From NCBI GenBank assembly GCA_951406725.2, contig OX597821.1, forward strand, positions 116,808,001 to 116,872,000: a stretch of 64,000 nt of DNA, written 5' to 3'. The stretch comes from Octopus vulgaris. Its lineage: Eukaryota. Under the pieces are notes generated by a model that saw only the letters and a program-made list of their open reading frames with translations, was not told the origin of the DNA and did not search any database. The position numbers and the translations under genes were made by a program. This document shows positions 29,251 to 41,125 of this stretch, piece by piece (positions within the stretch are counted from its first letter, which is position 1; each line of letters begins with the position of its first letter).

Positions 29251-30207
29251 ACGCACAAAAGAAATAATTGCAATCTGGAATTAATTAATTATGTTCTTAA
29301 ACAATAAACAACAAAACGATAAGAAGCATGACTGAAGCATCTGGAAAGAGAAAAAGATAATTAGAAACACACATTTTTAATTCCTTCCAACAATTCGATC
29401 GTAATCTAATGAGAATAAAAGACATTCCTGAATCCAACGTCTCACATGTACCAGTTCCGCTTGAGCTAACAGTGGGAGAGCCTCCGTAGAGCCACACGAC
29501 CAGCTAGAAATAGTAACTAGATACCCTCAAATTGTGGTGTACGCGAAAGATTTGAAATAAGGACACCTACCTTCTCTTCGCTCGACGGAGACCTCTCAGT
29601 GGTAATGCATCCTTCCACGCAGCCCGACTCGAACACTAGAAATAGCAGCTGCTTTTCCCCTACCTTGACAACGAGCTCACACGTCTGACACCCTCGGTTA
29701 CCTCGATCGAAACGGCCCAATGCTGTCCTGCCTGCGCGCGCGTCACTCCTGCCCCTTCCTCTTCCGGTCAGCCCCAAGTTCCGGTCAGCTCCCCAGCTGC
29801 TGACGTCATCCCCCACAAATAACAAACGAAAGAAAGCATCACTAAGTTCATTTGGTTGGGGGTTACTTGTATTTCATCTCTTTCCTTTCCCATTGTGTGA
29901 AGGTGACGGGCGTCGGTATCATAAGCTTATCCTATCTTCTGGATTAATTCTTAAGTGTGTTAATGGGAATACTCGTAACTGAGCTCGTTCAATTGATCCT
30001 CATTGAACCGAAGAGGTTGGCAGGAAAGCGGCGAGTCTGTGAAGTCGAATTTCCCTTTCTAGAAGTGTGAAAACCATTTCTGTGCAATTCTTTCATTAAT
30101 ACCGCTTTCTCTGTACACAGCACAAATGTTTCGAGAGGCTTTGGCAACCTTGGAGCCTTAATGGAAAATACCATAGGACTGAGAACCCAGGTTCGAAATT
30201 TCCCCAA

Positions 30208-30253
30208 AACACCTGATGAAGGCTGGAGGGTATATCAGTCGAAACGTTGTGTT
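30208..30253 (+). ncRNA. Minimal type-I hammerhead ribozyme (PLE pLTR type)
   Basis: aacac-CUGAUGA-a-ggcug(gaggguauau)caguc-GAAA-CG-UU-guguu: intact core, 5-bp stem I, 5-bp stem II, palindromic ACGU in place of helix III. Confidence 0.8.
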
Positions 30254-30305
30254 AACAACACATGAGATGAGGACAAATATCTGCCAAATGTAAATAATGT
30301 AAATA

Positions 30306-30351
<46 letters not shown>

Positions 30352-30875
30352 TACCTTCAACCAGTCAACATCGGCTTTTTCTGTCTTCGCTAGCCGGTCT
30401 ACAGAATGCGTTCTAATGAATTTTTTCACTGTCTAGGCTTAAAAAAGCCCTTATCGTTGGTTTCCTTGTCCTGTCTTTTACTGTTTTTATCTTTATTTGT
30501 ATTGCTTTTACGTCCTGTTCTTGTCACCCTTTTTTTTACCGCTCCGCAAAAAAAAATTTTATTTAATTCATTTGCGGGAAGGATTGTTTCATGTAGTCGT
30601 GTTCTGCTCTTACCTTCGAAACACGCAATGAGTCGAAACAGGGGCAGCTGAAGAAGGGGAATGTTCGCTCTGTTGTCTGTCTTGTACTCTGTTTTTTTCG
30701 TTGTTAAAAAAAGTCAGTTTCCTTGTTTTGTTTCTATGTTTTCGTTTCTCGTTGTGTTCTACGTTTATTTGTGGTGTCCTGTACTCATATATGCATGTAT
30801 ATATACGTATAGATGTAGGTATGTACATATATGTATGTATGTATGTATGCATATGTTTTATTTATTAAATTGTTA

Positions 30876-31388
30876 TCTATATATATAAAACTGTAGTTGT
30901 GTGAGTGTCTGTCCCCTTCGATTTAGATTCCTAACTACTCCCACATTTTGCGGTGCAGTTTAACCAAATTCGGGTATCTTATAGTCGTGATTCATATCGA
31001 GCCCGCCTGAGTATTAGCGCGCGTCTACGATGAGTCTACGATTTTAAAAATAATTTAACATAATTTTTTATTCCATTTTAATGCATAATTTTTCGTGTGT
31101 CGATGGCGGCGGAGTTGGCGTCCATGGTCACACCTGCACCTGTTTGCTTCTCCCCCTTCTTCCCTCCCTCGTGAAGCTGTGGGGAAGGGAGTGTAAGGAA
31201 ATCAACGTCGTAAAGCGTTGTCAAGGAGACCAGCGTTCTTTTAGAACAACGACTTCATGGCTTGAAGACACTAAAACAGAAATGGCTAAGAAAGCCCGAA
31301 TTGGCATCTATAAGGGAAGTAACTCTCTAAAAATGCTTATATAGTTATTTCCCTTACAAACCCGAGCAACACCGGGCGATACTGCTAG
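30876..31388 (+). mobile_element. Non-autonomous Helitron
   Basis: A|TCtatatatataaaac ... cccgagcaacaccggg hairpin ... CTAG|T, inserted at an A^T site with no TSD. Confidence 0.88.
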
Positions 31389-31807
31389 TTATATATATAA
31401 TCAGGGACGTGCTGCGTAGGTAGGCACGTCTGACAGCGCCTACCTTGAATGGAATAGATTGATAGCAACATTTTCCTTTTATGGCAAAATATGCACCTAA
31501 TTCTTCAATAACATTATGAAGGTTACTCTGATTACTCTGCATAAAATACAAAATATTTTTCTTTTGCAGATTAGGTTGGCATAATTTGTCCCTTCTTTTC
31601 AATCCCAGTATTTAAGTTACTCATAGTAATGCTGTAGTACACGTGCTGTGTACATTGCTACAACAATGTTTTCTTTACGTGCTATAAAGGCAGGAATCAA
31701 TCTGCCTTCAACTCAGTCGCGCGCCTGTGTTTCGTTTATTTTTTTGTTTGCTTTACTGCATAAAGGTCGCCAACTGCCTAGCCTGAGTAATTAGTGATTA
31801 CACTTGC

Positions 31808-31867
<60 letters not shown>

Positions 31868-31994
31868 GGTGTAAATACACAATACATGTACATAAGAACC
31901 AGTTTCTTACACTGTCATCTTAACCAAGAATATTACGGTTAAACAAGTCATTTTATGGACAATGACGCATATGTCTGCCAGGAGACTGTGTCAA

Positions 31995-32410
31995 GTGGCC
32001 GCCGAAACGGTAGAATTGTTAGCACGTCGAACAAAATATTTAGGGTCATTTCTTCGGATGTTTTACATTGTGTTTGCCTTTCGTCCTTCCCGCTTCGATA
32101 AGTACCAGTTGAGTACAAACTGGGGGGGGGGGGTCGGCGTAATCGACAAATACTCTCTCCCCAAAATTGTTGACGTTGGGACAAAATTTGAAAGAATTAT
32201 TCAAGGATTCAAGGCGGTGATCTGGCACCCCGAGTAAAATACTTTGAGGTGTTTCGTCCGTCTTTACGTTCTGAGTTCAAATTCCACTGAACTCTACTGT
32301 GCCTTTCATCCTTTCCGGGTCGATAAAAGAAACCCAACTGGGATCTGTAAAATAAGCAGCAGTCAAACACTGAGGTTAATGTAATCAACTCGCTCTCCAC
32401 ACCTAAAATT
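31995..32410 (+). mobile_element. Two tandem SINE-B copies
   Basis: Repeated head and core. Confidence 0.75.
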
Positions 32411-33907
32411 AAAGAGCTTGGACTCTGTGACAGACCGTCTTTTGTTCAGAGGGAATGTTGCGATCTTGATCGAGTAAGCGGCCTAATATGTCCCAATGCT
32501 CGAGAAAAATATGTTTTAAAAAACTGTTAAAACGATTAACTGTGATTTTAAAGGATGCGACGGAAAAACTACAGTAATCCTTCAAAACCCAGCCTCAGCA
32601 CATTCTGGTGTTTATGCTCCACTTGTGACACCCTATACTGTTCTTCCTTGTTGATACTGTTTTGGGTTGCTTGTAAAGGATATAGAATGACAGCAGGATT
32701 GAAGTGGATACGATATACGTTTCAGTTGCGGTCAGAGGTGACATAAATAATTCAATAGCTTATAAACGAGGAGATAACGATCAGAATCGCTGTTATGAAG
32801 AGGTGATTTGACAGGAAACTGCTGTTTGCCTGTCTCACAGGCTCCATGCTCTCCTTGTACTTCTAGAAATAAAGAGGGAAGGAAAAGATGTGAAATTTGC
32901 TTTCAGGCTTAAAGTGTTAGTTCTCTGGTATCAATCAAAGCATATAAGAGAAAGAGGGAAGGTTTCAGTCAGTAGAATGGTTCCAGGGCCTAGAGAATCA
33001 AGGAGGTTATCTGTGGATATTTGACAGATCCCTTCCCATACGACAAAAATAAAGAAGTTTCCTCCCCCCGCCCCTGCAACTACTCCACTTAAATTTCGAT
33101 CCCGAATGTGGTCTTGTTCCACCTCGATCTTGACACTAAGGTGTCCTCTCGATGTGTTCGAAGTGTTGTTTCTAGCGGGTATTGAACCCGTCACCTTCGG
33201 GTGGTCTTCCTTCCTTGGACTGTGGTATATACCGTTCGGCCACAAAGAGACTCTATTTCAACCCGGCTTTTCTTCCTAATATCCTGTTTAACAAACTGTA
33301 TCCTATTTCAGCTCTAGCTATCGTTTTTCTTTGTTCGGTAACTCTCCCTTATACAACCTTCAGTTTTTATTTATTATCATGTTCCTATTTAATATAAAAA
33401 AACACCACCAAAAGCCTATCGCTTCTAGTTTACTCAGCTTATTTTCCCTCTTTCCTTTACTTAAAGCAGTTTTTGTCGAGTAAACTGACATAATTCTTGG
33501 ACCAAGTTTTGTCGATGCTATTTATGTTGATTATATAGAAAAAAGAAGAAAAAAAACCACTTGTAGGTTTAGACATAATATGCCAGTGTGTAAGATAAAG
33601 TTAAACCCAATAACTCAGCAAAAGTGACCGAGATATACACAGGGAGCATTTACGAACCAAAAAAATACATACAAGTGAAGAATTTGTAATTGATGTCTGA
33701 AAATGTAAAAATAATTTGTAAGAAATTTCTAAACTTTGCCCTTGATATAAATTACTCGATAAGAAAAGTGATTCCTCGTGCCATCAGAAATTCTTTCCAA
33801 TTAAATATAAAATAAATAAGAATAAAGACGAAAGAAAAATCTCTTTTTCAGTCGCAAGAATACACAACGCTTCTACTGTTTGTTGTTGTTGCTGTTGTTG
33901 TTGTTAA

Positions 33908-33945
<38 letters not shown>

Positions 33946-34391
33946 GTATTAGTATTAGTATTATTCAGGGAGATAAATTGTGTTTATATATTAGTAATGA
34001 AAGAGCAGGTGTGTGTGTGTGAGAGAGAAAGGGAGGGAAGTAAAGGAGGGAAGGCGGAGGAAGTGAAGAAAGAAGAAGAAGAAGAAGAAGAAGAAGAAGA
34101 AGAAGAAGAAGAAGAAGAAGAAGAAGAAGAAGAAGAAGAAGAAGAAGAAGAAGAAGAAGAAGAAGAAGAAGAAGACGAACAATAACATAAAAAAGAAGAC
34201 GTGGTTGTTATGTTTAAGATGTTGGCTTCATAACTACAAGTTCGACTCCACTGTGCGGTACTTTGATGAAGTGTTTTCTACCACTACCTCGATTTGAATA
34301 ATACCTGGGGAATTTGACAAACCGAAACTGTGCTGAAGCCGGTTGTACGTTTACACACACACACACACGCACACGCGCGCACACACATGTA

Positions 34392-34758
34392 TAGGCCGTC
34401 GTCGACTTACGACCACAATTGGTTCCGACTGTCTGGTCGTAAGTCGATTTGGTCGTAAGTTGGCCTATAGGCCTACATAGCTTTGTTTTATATTTTTACA
34501 CTCTTAAGAAATACATTCTCAGGTATCTGTATGATACTATTATACTGGTGTTAGTCAAAAATTTCTGAGTCACAAGCAGTCGTCTTTTAAACAAATACGA
34601 GGTTGCCTCGATGTCTCCGCGACAGGACAGTCATCCAGCAGAATGGCTATCAATAACCGAACCTAGGGGAAGCGTTTTTGCTGCCGGGAGGTGGTGCGCC
34701 AATTGTCGTAAAGTCGATCGGTCGTAAGTCAGAGAGATCGTAAGTCGACGACGACATG
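34392..34758. mobile_element. pogo/Tigger-like MITE
   Basis: TIRs taggccgtcgtcgacttacgac / tcgtaagtcgacgacgacatg resemble CAGGTAGTCCTCGACTTACGAC. Subterminal gtcgtaagtc repeats; TA on the left flank. Confidence 0.8.
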
Positions 34759-34849
34759 TGGTTGAAATTTATAGAAAAGCAAAGGACGAAGACAGGAGTA
34801 TGAACAACAAGCAAGTTTATTAGTTTGACGCTTGGGAAAAAATGGAAGT

Positions 34850-34885
34850 CTTTCACGTTTCGAGCCTACGCTCTTCGACAGAAAG
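34850..34885 (-). ncRNA. Minimal hammerhead-like motif, CUGUCGA (A6U) core
   Basis: cuuu-CUGUCGA-a-gagc(guag)gcuc-GAAA-CG-UG-aaag. H17=G in this copy, so it is probably non-cleaving. Confidence 0.6.
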
Positions 34886-34950
34886 GAATAAGAGAAAATA
34901 AACAGAGAGAGAATGAAAAAAAACTTGTAGAGTTCAGCGGTCCAACATGG

Positions 34951-34992
<42 letters not shown>

Positions 34993-35269
34993 GACACAAA
35001 CGCACATGTACACACATACATGCACACATACACGCACGCACACAAACATATGACTGAGTTGTGTGTGTGTGTGAGTATGTCTATCTTTCGCTGGTGTATA
35101 TCGACAAAGTATCGCAGAGTAAACCTAAAAACTGTTGGTTTGCGAACGAATCTTCTAAGATGCGATATTTTCTCAGCTGGGACATAAATATTAATTGCTA
35201 ACAAGTACACTGCTAAACTTAGTGGCTATTTAAACAATGCATTCGTGAACAGTCGATGGGTTGGATGTA

Positions 35270-35312
35270 GTGCTGATGAAAGAGCAATAACACTCGAAAT
35301 GTGCATGTACAC
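35270..35312 (+). ncRNA. Type-I hammerhead ribozyme motif
   Basis: gug-CUGAUGA-aa-gag(caauaaca)cuc-GAAA-ugugcaug-UA-cac. Helix III looks like a CpG-decayed palindrome CGUGCACG. Confidence 0.65.
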
Positions 35313-35639
35313 CTATTACCTATTCTTTCTATCTTCGATCGCGTTCTTTATGTAAACGTATCTGTATACGAAACATCATAATTTTCAGTGCTCGCTTTGA
35401 CTTCTATAGAAAATTCGTAGAGTTGAATATACAAATGGGAATATCGCACTGCTAACACAAACGAAAGACACAATATTAACTTATAAACCCTTAACATAAC
35501 TAGTAGTATATTATAGTTGCAAAATGAAATAATTGCAAGCAATACACAGACACACTCACACATACATACATACATACATACATACATACATACATACATA
35601 CATACATACATACATACATACATACATACATACATACAT

Positions 35640-35699
<60 letters not shown>

Positions 35700-35805
35700 T
35701 CTGAATGAACCGTCCTTGTTTTCTTTGTATCGTCTATCTGGATATTTTGTTGTCCCTTTTTTGTATCACCTAATTGTCTGGATGTTTTGCGTTCTTGTCC
35801 CATTT

Positions 35806-35870
<65 letters not shown>

Positions 35871-36503
35871 TTGTTCAGTTATATTTGAAGATTTTCTGCC
35901 AACAGAGAAAGAGTTGTTGACTAGTGTATGTTTGGAAAAGAGGATAAATAGTTGTTTGTCCGTACAAAGAGGGCAGAAAGGTTTCCCTTTATCATAGTGA
36001 AATGATCTTGATAAAATTTTCCAATCCAAAGAAATTCTTTATTTGAGATGCCAAACTAGTTTATTAAGACCCGTAGAAGTATCTTTATGAATGTATTTAA
36101 ATGTAGAGAGGTGATTCGCAATACGTCTTTTAATTCCGTAGATGAAAGTCCAATATAAAAGAATTCTTTAGATCCTACAGTAATTTTACACTGGCAAACA
36201 ACGTTTGCAATTCGGCAATTTCCGTTGAGAACACAAGTGGTTTATTTGGACCACAATTACAAGGACTATTACTATTGATACAATTATTTAAGGAGAGATT
36301 ATCGTTATTATTATTAATGCTATTATAGTTATTTAGTGACACACTTTTACCGTGAAGAATATAGTTGTTGTGCTTGTTATGCGAGGATATAATCTGTAGG
36401 AGGTTATTGGTATTGGAGAAGCCAATTCTGATACGGTAGGTGATGAAAATGGAGTGATACCTGGAATTCTTGGAATAGGTATACATACATACATACATAC
36501 ATA

Positions 36504-36536
<33 letters not shown>

Positions 36537-36559
36537 ATGTATGTATGTATGTATGTATG

Positions 36560-36593
<34 letters not shown>

Positions 36594-36623
36594 TGTATTT
36601 ATGTGTATATGTATGTATGTATG

Positions 36624-36709
<86 letters not shown>

Positions 36710-36814
36710 TGTATATATATAAGGATAAGACAATTATTTAAAAATAATGATCATATCAAGTGGTCAGCATGGAAGAAAAACCTTATAGGTAATAATTATT
36801 GTTAAAATTATATA

Positions 36815-37045
36815 TTTCTTTACTGCCCACAAGGGGCTAAACACAGAGCGGACAAACAAGGACAGACAAACGGATTAAGTCGATTACATCGACCCCAGTG
36901 CCTAACTGGTACTTATTTACTCGACCCCGAAAGGATGAAAGGCAAAGTCGACCTCGGCGGAATTTGAACTCAGAATGTAACGGCAGTCGAAATACGGCTA
37001 CGCATTTCGCCCGGCGTGCTAACATTTCTGCCAGCTCGGCGCCTT
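36815..37045 (-). mobile_element. SINE family B, full length
   Basis: From the head ggcgccgagctggcagaaatgttagcacgccggg to the tail cccttgtgggcagtaaagaaat. Confidence 0.9.
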
Positions 37046-37278
37046 CCAATTATTGTGTGAATTATAATTGAGGCTATCTAAGATACCACCATGCTAGAGA
37101 TGGCAGTCAAAGCCTGACTCCCAAACCACATCAAGTATTTATGGAGCACAAGGGTAAAAAACACATCGACAAATAAACTAGCAAATTACGGGATAATCCC
37201 AGACCCGGGTTTCTGACTCTGTATAAAAAATGTACTTTGTCTCCTCGGTGAGCTCTACCAAAATATAGCATATAGATG

Positions 37279-37340
<62 letters not shown>

Positions 37341-37469
37341 ACATACGAATACGTACATATATGCGCGTATACATACTTATATATGTACGTATGTACATGA
37401 CCAGTTCGATTGTCCATCTAAGCACCACGTGCTATATGGTCAAAATACCACCGTAGTGAATATCATCCG

Positions 37470-38200
37470 ATATTCAGTGAATATCTATCGACTTTTCTTT
37501 CTTCCTTATCGCATACCTTGTTATCAGCTGGGCATGCTATATCTATGATCCAGAATCGTTTGCTTTTTTTCTCTATTAAGACTATATCTGGTTTCCTATT
37601 CTCTATCCCATGGTCGCACTGGATCATAAAATCTCATAGGATCATTTTCGTTGATGCCTTCGGATTTATGTTCATTCCACTGTTTTGTTCTGTCAAGCCC
37701 ATACTTGTTGCAAAATATCCAATGGGCAATCCTTGCTATATTGTCATCTCTTATATTTTTTCTGGGCTAATGGTGTACATTGATTGGTAATATGCCATAC
37801 AGTTTCACCATTTTTTCCACTAATTCTGCACTTATCACTTTCTGATGTGTTGTCTATTCTGTATTTGATGTAATTGGTTCTTAATGCTTACCCTTGGGCA
37901 GCACAGATTAGATCCCCAGTTTCCCGTTTTAAATCACTTTTAGTTATCCATAGCCATCTCTTTTTTCTGTCTATGAAATTGCCCATGCATTTTTATCCAC
38001 CTATTTTCAGTTTCATTCAGTGCTTTAGCTTTGCAATAATCCATCCTACTCAAGCCTGACCTTCTTACTTCCAACAATAGTGGCACTGTGGCATTTTTTA
38101 CATACCATGCTATGTTGTTTTCTTCTGCTCTAATACCGTGTTCGAATCCAATCAGTTCTCTTTCCCCTCTTTTTCTTGGAATCTTGAACTACTGGTGACT
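37470..38200 (-). mobile_element. R4/Dong-type non-LTR retrotransposon fragment (CCHC + restriction-like endonuclease)
   Basis: Minus frames give WITKSDLKRETGDLICAAQG*ALRTNYIK, KCR...GETVWHITNQCTPLAQKKYK, NRKPDIVLIEKK and WIIDIACPADNKVCDKEERK. Confidence 0.82.
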
Positions 38201-38885
38201 CATCTGGTCACGGGTAATCTAGTTACAAAATAAAATTAAAAACTGAATATTTGCGAACCGATGAGAATCAAGAGTGACAGAAAAAGAAAGAAAAAGGGAA
38301 AAAAAAAACTAGAAAAATCTGCCGCCTACGGACGTTTAGATGCGAGATGTCGGCAGGAGAAAGACCTGCAGTTACTATTGAGAATATTCAGAGACTGATG
38401 TCACTGCCATAATTTGAAGTGAATAAACTATTTTTAATCAAATCACTCTTCACTTTGCTAAAAGCAAGCTGCCGTATTTGGGATTTTTCTGAATTATCAG
38501 CACGAATAAAAATCTTTATCAGCGACCTTTCTGCTGTTTTCATTCCTCTTTTGACTTCTTGTTTGATAGAAGTCGGCCAATTTGTCAGTGGAAGTGAAAG
38601 AAACCGATTGGCTGGTGATAAAAATAAACCGCAGAAAAGGTCGTTTCGGCTGTTGATATTGATGTTCATCTGTTTCTTCTTCTTCTTCTTCTTCTTCTTC
38701 TTCTTCTTCTTGCAAACTGTTTTAGCATACAAACGGACACGGATATCATCATTATAGTAGTCGTCGTCGTCGTCGTCATCATCACCATCACCATCATCAT
38801 CGTCGTCGTCGTCGCTGTTATTGTCATCTGCATCGTCATCATCTAAATCCGCCGCCACCGCCGTCGTCATCGTCGTCGTTGTGTT

Positions 38886-38955
<70 letters not shown>

Positions 38956-39115
38956 ATAGCAGCAGCAGCAGCTTAAATATAGAACTATATCCATCGTAAT
39001 ATTTATTTTTCAAGCCTGGTACTTATCCTATTTTGCCGAACCCTTGGATTTCGAGGATATAAAGAAGCCAACACCGGTTTTCAAACAGTCGAAAGGGAAC
39101 AAAGACGACCAGATA

Positions 39116-39339
39116 TACGGAGTGTTGAAAAGTTCCGAGCTTTTAGGGAGTCGTGAAAGGCCTGGTTGGAGGCCCAACCTTCCGAGTTCTTTTACAGGGC
39201 TTAGAATAAGTGAAGGACTGTTGCAATAAGTTTGTGAATTTGAGAGGGGAATATGTTGAATAAAATCATAATTAATCGATCCTTCTGTATTTTACCTGTA
39301 TTTTACCCAAAGCCAAGAACTTCTTGACACCTCCTCATA
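39116..39339 (+). mobile_element. Mariner-derived MITE nested in the spacer of a minus-strand SINE-A (39008-39520)
   Basis: Homologous to 1466-1664, with TA flanks and SINE-A modules on both sides. Confidence 0.82.
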
Positions 39340-39555
39340 TATACACATGTATATATGTGTATTTGGGTGTGTATGTGTGTGCGTGCAATGGGCTTCTACA
39401 TAGTTTCTGCCTACCACATCTACTCACAAAGAAATGGTTGGACCAGGGCTATCGTAAAAGACACTTGACCAAGGTGCCGTGCAGTGGGACTGAACTCGAA
39501 ACCACGTGACTGTAAAGCGAGAAGAAAAATATCTCCTAAAATATCTTGTTTAGTG

Positions 39556-39866
39556 TGTTGCTGTTGTTTGTTCCTTCTCGAGCCATGCCTGGCCCATAAG
39601 GGCCAGTTTCCTGGTTTCATTGGCGTATAGGTTCCCCACCTGGACGGGACGCCAGTCCGTCACAGGTGAGCTACTAGATGCAGGAGGAAAGAATGAGAGG
39701 AAGTTGTGGTGAAAGAATCAGCAGAAGTTCGCCATTACCTTCTGTCGGAGCCGCGTGGAGCTTAGGTGTTTCACTCATAAACACATACATCACCCGGTCT
39801 GAGATTCGAACTCGCAATCTCTCGACCTCGAGTTCGCTGCTCTGACCACTAGGCCATGTTCTTCCA
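39556..39866 (-). mobile_element. SINE family C, tail 3
   Basis: tRNA head plus a tail ending ggctcgagaaggaacaaacaac, with flanking tttagtgt direct repeat. Homolog at 46020-46323. Confidence 0.85.
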
Positions 39867-40353
39867 CTTCTTTAGTGTAGACTGTAAACATAAAGCCTCT
39901 TTCTCTATCTTATCTCTCCTTCAATCCCTCCCCCTTCTCTCTTCTTCTTAAGTGGGTGACTCCAAAGCAGCCCTCTGTAGATTTTGTTTAACTTTTCTAT
40001 TCTTTCCGAATATTTGCAGACACTTGAGTGGTCTTCGACGTCTCTCTCAAGCATTTGAAACGTCGATGCTATATTTAAACCGTTCCTTTTAGCTTTTACA
40101 TAGTAATAAACACTTTATTTCTACGTTCCTGCTATTTCCTCAACAGGAAAAAATGCTCAAGTGGCTGTGGTATGAGGTTTATTTCCTAAGCACATGGTTC
40201 CAGGTTCAGTCTCTCTGCGTGGCGTCTAGGGCAAGTGACTTCTACAATAGCGTCGGGTCGACCAAAGCTTTGTGAGTGGATTTGACAGACGGAAACTGAA
40301 AAGAAGCCTGTCATATATATGTAACTATTTATATTATTATATATATATATATA

Positions 40354-40790
40354 TTAGGTTGTTTCATATGAAATGTCGCATTTTTAATCACTTGTTATTT
40401 TAGTTATTTAAAAACTCAATTATGTATACCTTGCATTTAATCTTGACTCTTTTTCTTTCTCAACAATATTGGTTTACAAAATTCGTGCCCACAGACCTTA
40501 TGAAAATGATAACAACCAAATTATGTTGATTGATTTTCTCGTATGAGTACAAACTATGTTACTCTGCCGCAGAACCTCTACGGAATATCAACCGGGCCTT
40601 TTGTAATGGTTTTGTTGACATCAGAACTGTACAGAGATGGTTCAAAGCTCTCGTTCAGGAGATGATAGCCTTGAAAATAAACCAAGGGGTGGGCATGATG
40701 GATTAAATGCTTTGGTTGAACAAAATCCGAGAACAAAGCTTTCGAAAACTTTCATCAGAACTCCAAACAAGTCGATCTGTTCTGCTGACA
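40354..40790 (+). pseudogene. 5' fragment of a mariner (Hsmar1/cecropia-like) element, following a SINE-A head (40160-40315)
   Basis: TA + ttaggttgtttcatatgaaatg TIR; IFSYEYKLCYSAAEPLRNINRAF...RTVQRWFK..RSGDDSLENKPRGG. Confidence 0.85.
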
Positions 40791-40837
40791 GATCCTATTT
40801 ATAATGTGTGAATCCGCTGCTTAATTTATTTCTCTAG

Positions 40838-41125
40838 TGAAGGCGTATGGCTTAGTGGTTAGGGTAATCGTGTCACGATCGTACTGTCGCGAGTTCGATT
40901 CCAGGCGGCGCGTTGCATCCTGAAGCAAGACACATTATTTCACGCTGTTCCAATCCATTGAGCTGGCAAAAAGGAGCTGTACTTGTCGCATTCTGTGTCA
41001 CGCTGAATCTCCCTGACAACTATGCTAAGGGTACACGTTTCTGTGGAGTGCTCTGCCATTTGCACGTTAATTTCACGAGCAGGCTGTTCCGTTGATCGGA
41101 TCAACTGAAGCCCTCGTCGTTGCCA
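40838..41125 (+). mobile_element. SINE family D head with family-C tail 1
   Basis: gtgaaggcgtatggcttagtggttaggg head; tail gtgtcacgctgaatctccc...gcaggctgttccgttgatcggatc. Confidence 0.8.
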
